A stretch of DNA of 60,278 nt from an uncultured Desulfobacteraceae bacterium. Lineage in GTDB: Bacteria > Desulfobacterota > DSM-4660 > Desulfatiglandales > HGW-15. Where the stretch lies: assembly GCA_964526655.1 (NCBI GenBank), contig CAZGIZ010000004.1:1-60278 (forward strand), written 5' to 3'. Below are positions 27,311 through 35,689 of the stretch, piece by piece (within the stretch, counting starts at the first letter, position 1; each line of letters starts with the position of its first letter). The position numbers and the translations under genes were made by a program. The notes below the pieces were generated by a model. It saw nothing but the letters and a program-made list of their open reading frames with translations, had not been told where the DNA came from and made no database searches.

Positions 27311-29032
27311 ATGGCTTTATCAAGCGCACTGTTTTCAGGCATCAGCGGTTTGAGCAACCTGGGAAATGCCATGCAGATCATCGGTGACAACATCGCAAAC
27401 GTCAATACGGTGGGATTCAAGGGGAGCACCTTTACCTTTCAGGACCTATTAAGTCAGGCCATGTTCACAAGGGCCGGGACCTCCCAGGTGGGACGCGGTA
27501 CGGCCCTTGCCGACATTTACGCCACCTTTGAGCAGGGCTCCTTTGAGTCAACCGGCAACAATACGGACCTGGCCATCGGCGGGGACGGCTTTTTCTCGGT
27601 AAGGGAGGCCACGAGCACCAGCCTTTACTATACGCGGGCCGGGAATTTCCGTTTTGACAAGGAAGGCAACCTGGTCAATCCGGAAGGCTATGTAGTGCAG
27701 GGATGGGCCGTGGATGCGGACGGGGATATCACGGGATCAACCACGGACATCACCATGACCTCCTTTACCTCCCAGCCCCAGGCCACGGACGACATCGACA
27801 TCATAACCAACGTGGACAAGGATTCTACAAGTAACTCATCCATCCTTTCCAGCGCCTGGGACGGGACCGCCTCCACCCCCATCGCCTCCTCGAGCTATGA
27901 ATACCAGTCAACCGTTAAGGTCTACGATTCCCTCGGGAGCACCCATGACATAACCATATACTACGACAAGCTGTCCGGGTCCGTGTGGGAATATATAGTC
28001 ACCTGTAACCCCAGTGAGGACCTCAGGACCAACCTCGCAGACACGGAGGGCGCAGGCCTCCTGGCAAGGGGCAAAATGACCTTTAACGAAGGCAGCGGGC
28101 TCCTGACAAGCCTGACCATGAGCAGGCTCACGGATTGCACCACGGGCGCCGAGGGGACCGGCCAGGAGGTTGCGGACCTCGGGACGGGTACATTTAACAC
28201 GGGAGATTCAGGGACCACCACCATCACAGTGGACAACCCTGAGGCCCTGACGGCCACAAGCAGCAATGTGACGCTCACATATTCGGCCCTCAACACCTGG
28301 GGTGTTGCTTCCGCCGGTTACGGAAGCGCGACAGCCACTGGCACCAGCACCCAGGTGGAAGTCGATCTCGATGCCGACGGAACCACGGATATCACCGTTG
28401 ACCTTTCAGGGGCAATAACCATTGGTAATACAGTGATTTTAAGCACAGCAGGCTCTGTTGACTGGGATCCACAGACCACTACATTAGATATAAACTCCGA
28501 CGGTTATTTTGAGTTTCAGGCCGACTTTTTGGGCGGCACCTCCACCACCCAGGATATCGCCTTGGACATAGGGACCAGGTGGAACGGCTCCGCCTTTGCC
28601 CCGGACTCCCTTGCCACCACCCAGTACGCCAGCGCCTCCACGACAGTCTTCCAGTCCGCGGACGGTTATGGGGCAGGCGCACTCCAGGGTGTGGATGTGG
28701 ACGTGGAAGGTCTGATCACGGGCGTCTATTCCAACGGCCAGGTCCTCCCCCTCTACCGGATAGCCCTGGCGAAATTCCAGAGCGTCCAGGGACTGCACAA
28801 GGAGGGTGGCAACCTCTACAGGGAGACGAGACAGAGCGGGCCGGCAACTACCAGTCTTCCGGGCACCAACGGTCTCGGCAATATAGCGCCCAACTCCCTG
28901 GAGCAGTCAAACGTGGATATCGCCAACGAGTTTGTAAAGATGATCACCACACAGAGGGGCTTTCAGGCCAACTCCAAGATTATTACCGTCACGGACCAGA
29001 TGCTTTCGGAATTGATCAATCTCAAACGTTAA
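27311..29032 (+). CDS. flgE: flagellar hook protein FlgE with inserted domain
   Basis: IGDNIANVNTVGFK, DLAIGGDGFF, YTRAGNF and LEQSNVDIANEFVKMITTQRGFQANSK. Confidence 0.95.
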   Translation: MALSSALFSGISGLSNLGNAMQIIGDNIANVNTVGFKGSTFTFQDLLSQAMFTRAGTSQVGRGTALADIYATFEQGSFESTGNNTDLAIGGDGFFSVREATSTSLYYTRAGNFRFDKEGNLVNPEGYVVQGWAVDADGDITGSTTDITMTSFTSQPQATDDIDIITNVDKDSTSNSSILSSAWDGTASTPIASSSYEYQSTVKVYDSLGSTHDITIYYDKLSGSVWEYIVTCNPSEDLRTNLADTEGAGLLARGKMTFNEGSGLLTSLTMSRLTDCTTGAEGTGQEVADLGTGTFNTGDSGTTTITVDNPEALTATSSNVTLTYSALNTWGVASAGYGSATATGTSTQVEVDLDADGTTDITVDLSGAITIGNTVILSTAGSVDWDPQTTTLDINSDGYFEFQADFLGGTSTTQDIALDIGTRWNGSAFAPDSLATTQYASASTTVFQSADGYGAGALQGVDVDVEGLITGVYSNGQVLPLYRIALAKFQSVQGLHKEGGNLYRETRQSGPATTSLPGTNGLGNIAPNSLEQSNVDIANEFVKMITTQRGFQANSKIITVTDQMLSELINLKR

Positions 29033-29073
29033 GAGGATATAGACCACTTACCAATCTTCCAATACCTTCAGAC

Positions 29074-29114
29074 AGGGGCCCCCCGGCCGGATATATCAAC
29101 CGGCCTGGGGCCCT
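29074..29114 (+). terminator. GC-rich hairpin after flgE, possible terminator
   Basis: AGGGGCCCCCCGGCCGG-loop-CCGGCCTGGGGCCCT; weak U-tract. Confidence 0.45.
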
Positions 29115-29169
29115 CCTTCCCTAATGGCCAAAACTTGACGCAAAAACCAGGGAATGGTGGATAATAATC

Positions 29170-29183
29170 GTCAATATTTTGAC
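29170..29183. promoter_or_regulatory. FleQ-type activator box upstream of the motA operon
   Basis: GTCAATATTTTGAC, identical to 12435-12448. Confidence 0.7.
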
Positions 29184-29427
29184 CATTCGCTCTCGGAGTG
29201 TAGGACCACTCCCATTCGGAGTTCGGACGGAACAGGATTACAATCCCTGCATTCTTTATGCCAAAAACCTTTTAATTTCATCATGTTATGATCCTGTCCC
29301 CGGAGATGTGAAACCCGCCCCTCCCCTTTTTGTTTAAAGGTCTGAGAAAAGCTAATATTTCAATTATTACTGCAAGTTATAAAATATTAATGCCCCTTTG
29401 GCCCAATTTTTATTTTTTTTAATAATC

Positions 29428-29443
29428 TGGCATAGAGGTTGCT
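29428..29443 (+). promoter_or_regulatory. sigma54 promoter of the motA-fliL...fliA operon
   Basis: TGGCAT-AGAGG-TTGCT. Confidence 0.85.
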
Positions 29444-29490
29444 TTAAAGAAATACGATCAACCGGAGACAGACCAAGGGAGTTAGAAAGC

Positions 29491-30255
29491 ATGGATCTCG
29501 CAACCGTAATAGGCATCATTTCCGCCTTCAGCCTGGTGGTCTCTGCCATCCTGTTCGGCGGGAGCCCCGGGATGTTTATCAACGTCCCATCGGTAATGAT
29601 TGTCGTGGGAGGATCCCTGGGCGCCACGATGATTAACTATCCCCTTCCGGACATGCTCAAGGTCATGAAGGTGGTAAAAAACGCCTTTTTCACGAGACAT
29701 TTCACCATAAAGGATATGATAGGCAACTTTGTAACGCTGGCCGGGACAGCGAGGAGGGAGGGTATATTAGCCCTGGAATCAGCCCTTACTGAAATAGACG
29801 ACGAGTTCATGAAAAAGGGCCTCCAGCTGTCCGTGGACGGGCTTGAACCCGTCTCAATAAAGGATATCCTGGACACGGAGATCGTCAACATCCAGGATAG
29901 GCACAAACTGGGAGCTGAGATCTTCACAACCCTCGGCACATTTGCTCCGGCAATGGGGATGATCGGGACCCTGATAGGGCTCGTTCAGATGCTCCAGACC
30001 ATGGATGACCCAAGCAGCATAGGTCCGGCCATGGCGGTCGCCCTCCTAACCACCTTTTACGGCTCCATGATAGCAAACATAATATGCCTGCCCATAGCCG
30101 GGAAGTTGAGAAACAGGAGCAGCGAAGAGGTGATGATGAAGGAACTGATGTCAGAGGGTATACTTTCCATAGCCAAGGGGGATAATCCAAGGCTCCTTGA
30201 GCAGAAGCTGAACGCATTCATAGCCCCGCAGATGAGAGAGACTGCATTTAAATAG
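29491..30255 (+). CDS. motA: flagellar stator protein MotA/PomA
   Basis: MDLATVIG, ARREGILALE, GLQLSVDG, APAMGMIGTLIGL and ALLTTFYG. Start placed downstream of the sigma54 site. Confidence 0.93.
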   Translation: MDLATVIGIISAFSLVVSAILFGGSPGMFINVPSVMIVVGGSLGATMINYPLPDMLKVMKVVKNAFFTRHFTIKDMIGNFVTLAGTARREGILALESALTEIDDEFMKKGLQLSVDGLEPVSIKDILDTEIVNIQDRHKLGAEIFTTLGTFAPAMGMIGTLIGLVQMLQTMDDPSSIGPAMAVALLTTFYGSMIANIICLPIAGKLRNRSSEEVMMKELMSEGILSIAKGDNPRLLEQKLNAFIAPQMRETAFK

Positions 30256-30302
30256 GCGGCATTATGATTTTAACAAACTCAACTTATCGGGAGAGCCGAT
30301 AG

Positions 30303-30824
30303 ATGGAAGAAGAGAAAAAGGAAGAGGAGCAGGAAGGTCAGAAGGAGCAGGAAAAGCCCGGGAAAAAGCCCTTTCCGACCAACATCGTAATAATTTGCAT
30401 CCTGGCCCTGTGCCTGGTCGGAGGGGGGCTCTTTGTGTGGAAAGGGGGAATACTCTCCAGATTGAAAGGAGATGACTCGGCCCAGACTCCCGCACCGGAA
30501 ATGGAAAACAAAAAACCCGACATAGGCCCGATCTATTCCCTGGAGACTTTTATTGTCAACCTCCTCGGAGGGAGGGGGAAAAACTATCTGAAGGTAAAGA
30601 TAGATCTTGAGCTGGATAACCCAAAGGTGACGGAGGAGATCAACAGGCGATTGCCCCAATTCCGGGATGCAATTCTTACAATGCTCAGCAATAAAACCCA
30701 TGAAGATATCAAGACCCTTGAGGGGAAATACCAGTTGAGAGAAGAGATCATCTCCATGCTGAATCAGTATCTCAGCTCAGGCAAGATCAAAAATGTCTTT
30801 TTTACGGACTTTATCGTCCAGTAG
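30303..30824 (+). CDS. fliL: flagellar basal body-associated protein FliL
   Basis: One TM, LETFIVNL, PQFRDAIL and VFFTDFIVQ. Confidence 0.92.
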   Translation: MEEEKKEEEQEGQKEQEKPGKKPFPTNIVIICILALCLVGGGLFVWKGGILSRLKGDDSAQTPAPEMENKKPDIGPIYSLETFIVNLLGGRGKNYLKVKIDLELDNPKVTEEINRRLPQFRDAILTMLSNKTHEDIKTLEGKYQLREEIISMLNQYLSSGKIKNVFFTDFIVQ

Positions 30825-30905
30825 CCGAAGGCACTACATGGGAGGTAAGTCCGAGCATGATGGATGATTGACTAAGCCCATGATTTTTTAAGGACCTAAA
30901 AAAAG

Positions 30906-31892
30906 ATGAACAAGCTATTATCCCAAGATGAAGTGGATTCTCTCCTCAAGGGGCTGGATACAGGGGAGATCAATACTGATGATGATTTCGAAGACATTGA
31001 AGGCGACCTGGAATCATTTGACTGGGCTACCTCGGGACTTAACGTAAGGGGTAACATGCCCCTCCTGGAGGTGGTAAACAGCCGGTTCAGTCAAAGATTC
31101 CGCGGGTCCCTCTCCACCTCCCTTCGCAAGATGATAGACGTCACTCCCGACCCCCTCGCGACGGTAAAGTACAGCGATTTTCAGCGGTCCCTGCCCGTCC
31201 CGACCTCCATGCATCTCTTTAAGATCGAGCCCCTCAGGGGTCTGGGTATTCTTGTCATCGAGAGCCGTCTTGTCTTCAGCCTTGTAGAGGCCTTCTTCGG
31301 CGGAAGCGGTTCGGGATCCACCAAGATAGAGGGCAGGGAATTCACTTCAATAGAAAACAAGATCATCGAAAAGGTGGTACAGATGGCCCTCCTGAATCTT
31401 ATGGAGGCCTGGGAGGACGTGCACCCCATAAAGACCGAATTCGTCCGGTCAGAGAGCAATCCCCTGGTGGTAAATGCGGTCCCCGGAGAGGAACTCCTGG
31501 TATCATCAAAATTTGAGATCGAACTGCAGAGGCTACTTGGAAACATAATCGTCTGTTTTCCCTATTCCTCATATCAGCCCATCAGGCATAAACTGGCGGG
31601 GGGCTACAGGGATGAAGAGGAAGAGACTCAGCTCGACAGGGAATGGCTCGATCATTTGCAGAGTCGATTGAAAAGGACTCCCGTGGAGATGATTGTCGAT
31701 CTGGGACGAACTTCCCTCTCAGTAAAGGATTTTCTTAATCTCAGGGAGGGAGATATCATCGTGCTTGATAAGGATTTCAATATGGCCCTTACAGCAAGTA
31801 TAGAAGGAATCAACGTCTATGAAGGCTATGCAGGCAGGTATAAAAACAAAAAGGTATTTAAAGTGGAACATCCCTTAACCATAGGCACTTAA
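30906..31892 (+). CDS. fliM: flagellar motor switch protein FliM
   Basis: LSQDEVDSLL CheY-binding motif and REFTSIE. Confidence 0.95.
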   Translation: MNKLLSQDEVDSLLKGLDTGEINTDDDFEDIEGDLESFDWATSGLNVRGNMPLLEVVNSRFSQRFRGSLSTSLRKMIDVTPDPLATVKYSDFQRSLPVPTSMHLFKIEPLRGLGILVIESRLVFSLVEAFFGGSGSGSTKIEGREFTSIENKIIEKVVQMALLNLMEAWEDVHPIKTEFVRSESNPLVVNAVPGEELLVSSKFEIELQRLLGNIIVCFPYSSYQPIRHKLAGGYRDEEEETQLDREWLDHLQSRLKRTPVEMIVDLGRTSLSVKDFLNLREGDIIVLDKDFNMALTASIEGINVYEGYAGRYKNKKVFKVEHPLTIGT

Positions 31893-31939
31893 TTAATCTT
31901 AAATGTATATCAGATTGACGATAATTAAGGGGTATTCTG

Positions 31940-32314
31940 ATGAATGATGAAAACATGTTGGAGGAAAAGGGAACAGAGATGGATGACGCTCAGATAAACG
32001 CCAGAGAAATGGATCTCGCGGAGATTGAGCCGGGCATTGTTCAAAGCAATAACGCCCAAAATATGGACTTCCTGCTCGATATACCGCTGGAGATCACGGT
32101 GGAGCTGGGTAACGCAAAAATAACCATCGGAGAGCTCCTGAAACTCAGCCAGGGCTCGGTGGTGGAGCTCAACAAGTTAACTGACGAGCCCCTGGATATC
32201 TTTGTCAATAAGAAACTGATGGCCCACGGCGAAGTGGTCGTGGTTAATGAAAAATTCGGGATAAGGCTCACCAATATCGTCAGCCCCGGCGAAAGAGTGA
32301 AGGGACTCTCTTAG
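31940..32314 (+). CDS. fliN: flagellar motor switch protein FliN
   Basis: LLDIPLEITVELG and GEVVVVNEKFGIRLT. Confidence 0.95.
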   Translation: MNDENMLEEKGTEMDDAQINAREMDLAEIEPGIVQSNNAQNMDFLLDIPLEITVELGNAKITIGELLKLSQGSVVELNKLTDEPLDIFVNKKLMAHGEVVVVNEKFGIRLTNIVSPGERVKGLS

Positions 32315-32325
32315 GGAGGCGGATC

Positions 32326-32718
32326 TTGTCGGCTGATTTTAATATCATTTCAATGAAAATGGCAATTTCACTGATTGCCATCCTAATCCTTGTCATATCC
32401 CTCTTCTTTCTCATGAAACGGTTCCGGCTTGGACCCCTCTCCAATAACAAGATGCCCGCGATGCGCCTTCTGGGAACCTTGAGTCTTGCCCCCAAAAGGG
32501 CCATAGCCCTTGTAGAGGTATGCGATCAGTGGCTGGTCGTGGGGATTGGGACGGAAAATGTGACCCTGATCTCCAGGCTTGATCCCCCACCGGAGATGAC
32601 TGCACCAGGCCCCGGCATCCCTGCCAAGGGGGGAAAATTCAGCCTTTTCCTTGAAAACTTGGGATTGGGGCAGGGAGTCCTGAAAGGCGGCAAGGCGAGC
32701 GGAAATGCGGAAAAATAA
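32326..32718 (+). CDS. fliO: flagellar biosynthesis protein FliO
   Basis: One TM, then LSLAPKRAIALVEV...LVVGIG; lies between fliN and fliP. Confidence 0.85.
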   Translation: MSADFNIISMKMAISLIAILILVISLFFLMKRFRLGPLSNNKMPAMRLLGTLSLAPKRAIALVEVCDQWLVVGIGTENVTLISRLDPPPEMTAPGPGIPAKGGKFSLFLENLGLGQGVLKGGKASGNAEK

Positions 32719-33478
32719 GAAAATAATATTATGCCTCTCTCCTGTCCTGCTATTACTGACATTGTTGATCGCCTCCACTCAGACATGGGCACAGCAGCTT
32801 CCCCTCCTCCCCACCCTCAAGATAGGCGTCGAACAGGCCGACAGGCCCGAACAGGTCTCAGTGCTCCTCCAGGTACTGTTCCTTTTGACCGTCCTCTCCC
32901 TGGCCCCGGCCATTGTCGTAATGATGACCTCCTTTACCAGGCTGGCCATCGTGTTTTCCCTGGTGCGGCACGCACTTGGAACCCAGCAGATGCCGCCGAA
33001 CCAGATACTGGTGGGCCTCGCCCTGCTGCTGACCTTTTTCCTCATGTCACCTGTCTATACCCAGATTAACAGGGAGGCCCTGCAGCCTTATCTTTCCGAA
33101 GAGATATCCCAGGAGGAAGCCGTGGACAGGGCCCTTAAACCCATAAGACAATTCATGTTCAAACAGACAAGGAAGAAGGATATTTCATTGTTTCTGGATA
33201 TCTCCAAATCCGAGAAGCCACGGAATTATGATGAAATACCGACTGTAATACTATTGTCTTCCTTTGTTATCAGCGAGTTGAAAACGGCCTTTCAGATCGG
33301 ATTTGTTATTTATGTCCCCTTTCTGATCATCGATATGGTCGTGGCAAGTGTCCTTTTATCCATGGGGATGATGATGCTGCCGCCCTTTATGGTGTCGCTC
33401 CCCTTTAAACTGATGCTCTTTGTGCTGATCGACGGCTGGAACCTCCTGGTGGGGTCCATGATAAGGAGCTTTGCGTGA
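32705..33478 (+). CDS. fliP: flagellar export gate protein FliP
   Basis: MTSFTRLAIV, QMPPNQ, SELKTAFQIG and SLPFKLMLFVLIDGW. Confidence 0.95.
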   Translation: MRKNKKIILCLSPVLLLLTLLIASTQTWAQQLPLLPTLKIGVEQADRPEQVSVLLQVLFLLTVLSLAPAIVVMMTSFTRLAIVFSLVRHALGTQQMPPNQILVGLALLLTFFLMSPVYTQINREALQPYLSEEISQEEAVDRALKPIRQFMFKQTRKKDISLFLDISKSEKPRNYDEIPTVILLSSFVISELKTAFQIGFVIYVPFLIIDMVVASVLLSMGMMMLPPFMVSLPFKLMLFVLIDGWNLLVGSMIRSFA

Positions 33479-33488
33479 GGTATTTGAA

Positions 33489-33758
33489 ATGACTGCCGAA
33501 TATGTCGTGAGTCTGGGAAGCGAAGCCATCAAACTGGCGCTCATGTTATCCCTTCCCCTCCTGGGGGTTGGACTTCTGGTGGGACTGTTTATCGCGGTAC
33601 TTCAGGCGACCACCCAGATCCAGGAGATGACCCTCTCTTTCGTTCCAAAGATAATAGCGGTCCTCCTGGCCCTGCTCGGGGCCTCCCCCTGGATGCTGGG
33701 TAAGCTATCTTATTTTACGAGCCACCTTATCAATAGCATACCGAATATAATCAGATAA
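33489..33758 (+). CDS. fliQ: flagellar export gate protein FliQ
   Basis: LQATTQIQEMTLSFVPK. Confidence 0.95.
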   Translation: MTAEYVVSLGSEAIKLALMLSLPLLGVGLLVGLFIAVLQATTQIQEMTLSFVPKIIAVLLALLGASPWMLGKLSYFTSHLINSIPNIIR

Positions 33759-33768
33759 GGAAGCATAA

Positions 33769-34542
33769 ATGACTTTTCCAATGGAATCATTGGAACAGAT
33801 GCAGGGATTCTTCTGGGTCCTGGTGAGGGTCAGCATCCTATTCTTCCTCTTGCCCCTGTTCGGCGCAAGGGGGATCCCAACCCTCTGGAAGGCGGGCCTG
33901 TCCCTTATCGTCGCCCTGGTATTGACTCCTGTGGTTCCTCCACCCCGGAACTTTCCGGCTACCCTGCCCGAACTGGTCATAGGCGTAACAGCGGAAGCTA
34001 TCCTGGGACTGATTCTGACACTTTCAATAAACATATTTTTTGCGGTCGTCCAGATGGCGGGCCAGTTCATGAGTTTTCAGATGGGCTTTGGAATGGCAAG
34101 GGCCATTGACCCCCAGACAGGGGTCCAAAGCACTGTGCTCACCCAGTTCATGTACCTCTTCACCATCCTATTCTTCCTTGCCATAGACGGTCACCATATT
34201 TTCATCCGGGCCCTCTCGGCCTCTTTCTATATAGTCCCGCCCAACAGCCTTTCCTTTGACCCGTCACTTTCAGAGGCCCTCGTCAGGATAAGCGGCAATA
34301 TGTTCTTGATAGGCGTTAAGATAGCCGCGCCTATTATGGTCTCCCTCTTTCTTTCCAACCTGTGCCTTGGGATAGTCGCCCGGACAGTGCCCCAGGTGAA
34401 TATACTCATGGTCGGGTTCCCCATAAATTTATGCCTGGGGCTTATCCTGTTCGGCCTGATCCTCAAAAATATCTCCCCCCTCCTTACCGAACTTTTCAAC
34501 AGCATGGGTGAGGTCCTGTCCCGCCTGATTCAATTAATGTAG
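33769..34542 (+). CDS. fliR: flagellar export gate protein FliR
   Basis: QMGFGM, DGHHIFI and RTVPQVNI. Confidence 0.95.
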   Translation: MTFPMESLEQMQGFFWVLVRVSILFFLLPLFGARGIPTLWKAGLSLIVALVLTPVVPPPRNFPATLPELVIGVTAEAILGLILTLSINIFFAVVQMAGQFMSFQMGFGMARAIDPQTGVQSTVLTQFMYLFTILFFLAIDGHHIFIRALSASFYIVPPNSLSFDPSLSEALVRISGNMFLIGVKIAAPIMVSLFLSNLCLGIVARTVPQVNILMVGFPINLCLGLILFGLILKNISPLLTELFNSMGEVLSRLIQLM

Positions 34543-34549
34543 GTGAGAT

Positions 34550-35626
34550 ATGCCTGAAGAGAGTTTCCAAGAGAAGACCGAACCGGCATCGCCTAAAAAG
34601 AGGGAAGAGGCGAGAAAGAAAGGGAATGTCGCCAGGAGCAAGGAGATCTCCTCGATAGCGATCCTTGCGGCCGGGACCATATACATGTTCTTCAACGCCA
34701 AGGGCATGACCCTGAAACTGGGCGAAACCATAAAAGAAACTTTTTTCAATATTCCCGGGATGATAGCCGGTGAGCAGGACTATGTGAACCTCCTTTCCCA
34801 GGCCATTGAGAGATTTTTTGGGGCCATACTGCCAATCATGATCGTCCTCTGTATAGTCGGCGTGGCGGCCAATCTCCTCCAGACGGGTATCATATTCAGT
34901 GTCGACCCTTTGACGCCTAAAGCGTCAAAAATTGACCCTATTAAGGGTGTCGCCAAAATGGTGTCAAAACGCTCCCTTGCGGAACTTGTCAAGTCCATAT
35001 TCAAGATCCTCATCGTGGGCTGGGCCGCCTTTTCCACTTTAAGGGACAATATTATACATCTTATACCCCTTATGTATCAGGAGAACATCCAGATCATCTC
35101 CCTGATGGGCCAGATCTCGTTAAAGGTGGTCGTAAGGTGCATCTATGTTATCTCTATCCTGGCCGTCCTGGACTATATCTATCAAAAATGGGAATTTGAA
35201 CAGAATCTGAAGATGACCAAACAGGAGGTAAAGGACGAGTTCAAACAGACCGAAGGTGACCCCATCGTGAAATCCCGCATCAGGTCGATCCAGAGGGAAA
35301 TGGCAAGAAAAAGGATGATGGAAGAGGTTCCAAAGGCGGACGTGGTCATCACAAACCCAACCCACCTGGCGATCGCCCTCCGCTACAGTCCTGAAGAAAA
35401 CATGTCCGCCCCCAGGATCGTGGCCAAGGGCGCAAACAGGGTCGCCTTCAGGATCAGGGAACTGGCCGAGAAACATAATATACCCCTGGTTGAGAACAAA
35501 ATCTTGGCACAGAACTTGTATAAATTGGATCTGGGAGAGGAGATTCCTCCCCAGTTTTATCAGGCGGTTGCGGAAATTCTCGCCTATGTCTACGGGCTTA
35601 AAAAGAAAAGGTCCCCGGCCGGATAA
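34550..35626 (+). CDS. flhB: flagellar export switch protein FlhB
   Basis: EKTEPAS, KMTKQEVKDE, EGDP and the NPTH autocleavage site. Confidence 0.95.
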   Translation: MPEESFQEKTEPASPKKREEARKKGNVARSKEISSIAILAAGTIYMFFNAKGMTLKLGETIKETFFNIPGMIAGEQDYVNLLSQAIERFFGAILPIMIVLCIVGVAANLLQTGIIFSVDPLTPKASKIDPIKGVAKMVSKRSLAELVKSIFKILIVGWAAFSTLRDNIIHLIPLMYQENIQIISLMGQISLKVVVRCIYVISILAVLDYIYQKWEFEQNLKMTKQEVKDEFKQTEGDPIVKSRIRSIQREMARKRMMEEVPKADVVITNPTHLAIALRYSPEENMSAPRIVAKGANRVAFRIRELAEKHNIPLVENKILAQNLYKLDLGEEIPPQFYQAVAEILAYVYGLKKKRSPAG

Positions 35627-35689
35627 TTTCCTCAGTGAGAGGTCTCCGGGCGGACCGAAAAACAGAAAGTCGCGGATCGAGGATAATCA

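Noticed and set aside
29126-29155. c-di-GMP-I (GEMM) riboswitch suggested by GACGCAAA
   Set aside because: The GGCAAA-stem-GNRA P2 hairpin that should precede it is missing. The TTGAC is better read as a half-site of the activator box.
30275-30302. sigma28 -10 element GCCGATAG before fliL
   Set aside because: It abuts the start codon, leaving no leader, and has no good -35. It is better explained as a hairpin arm.
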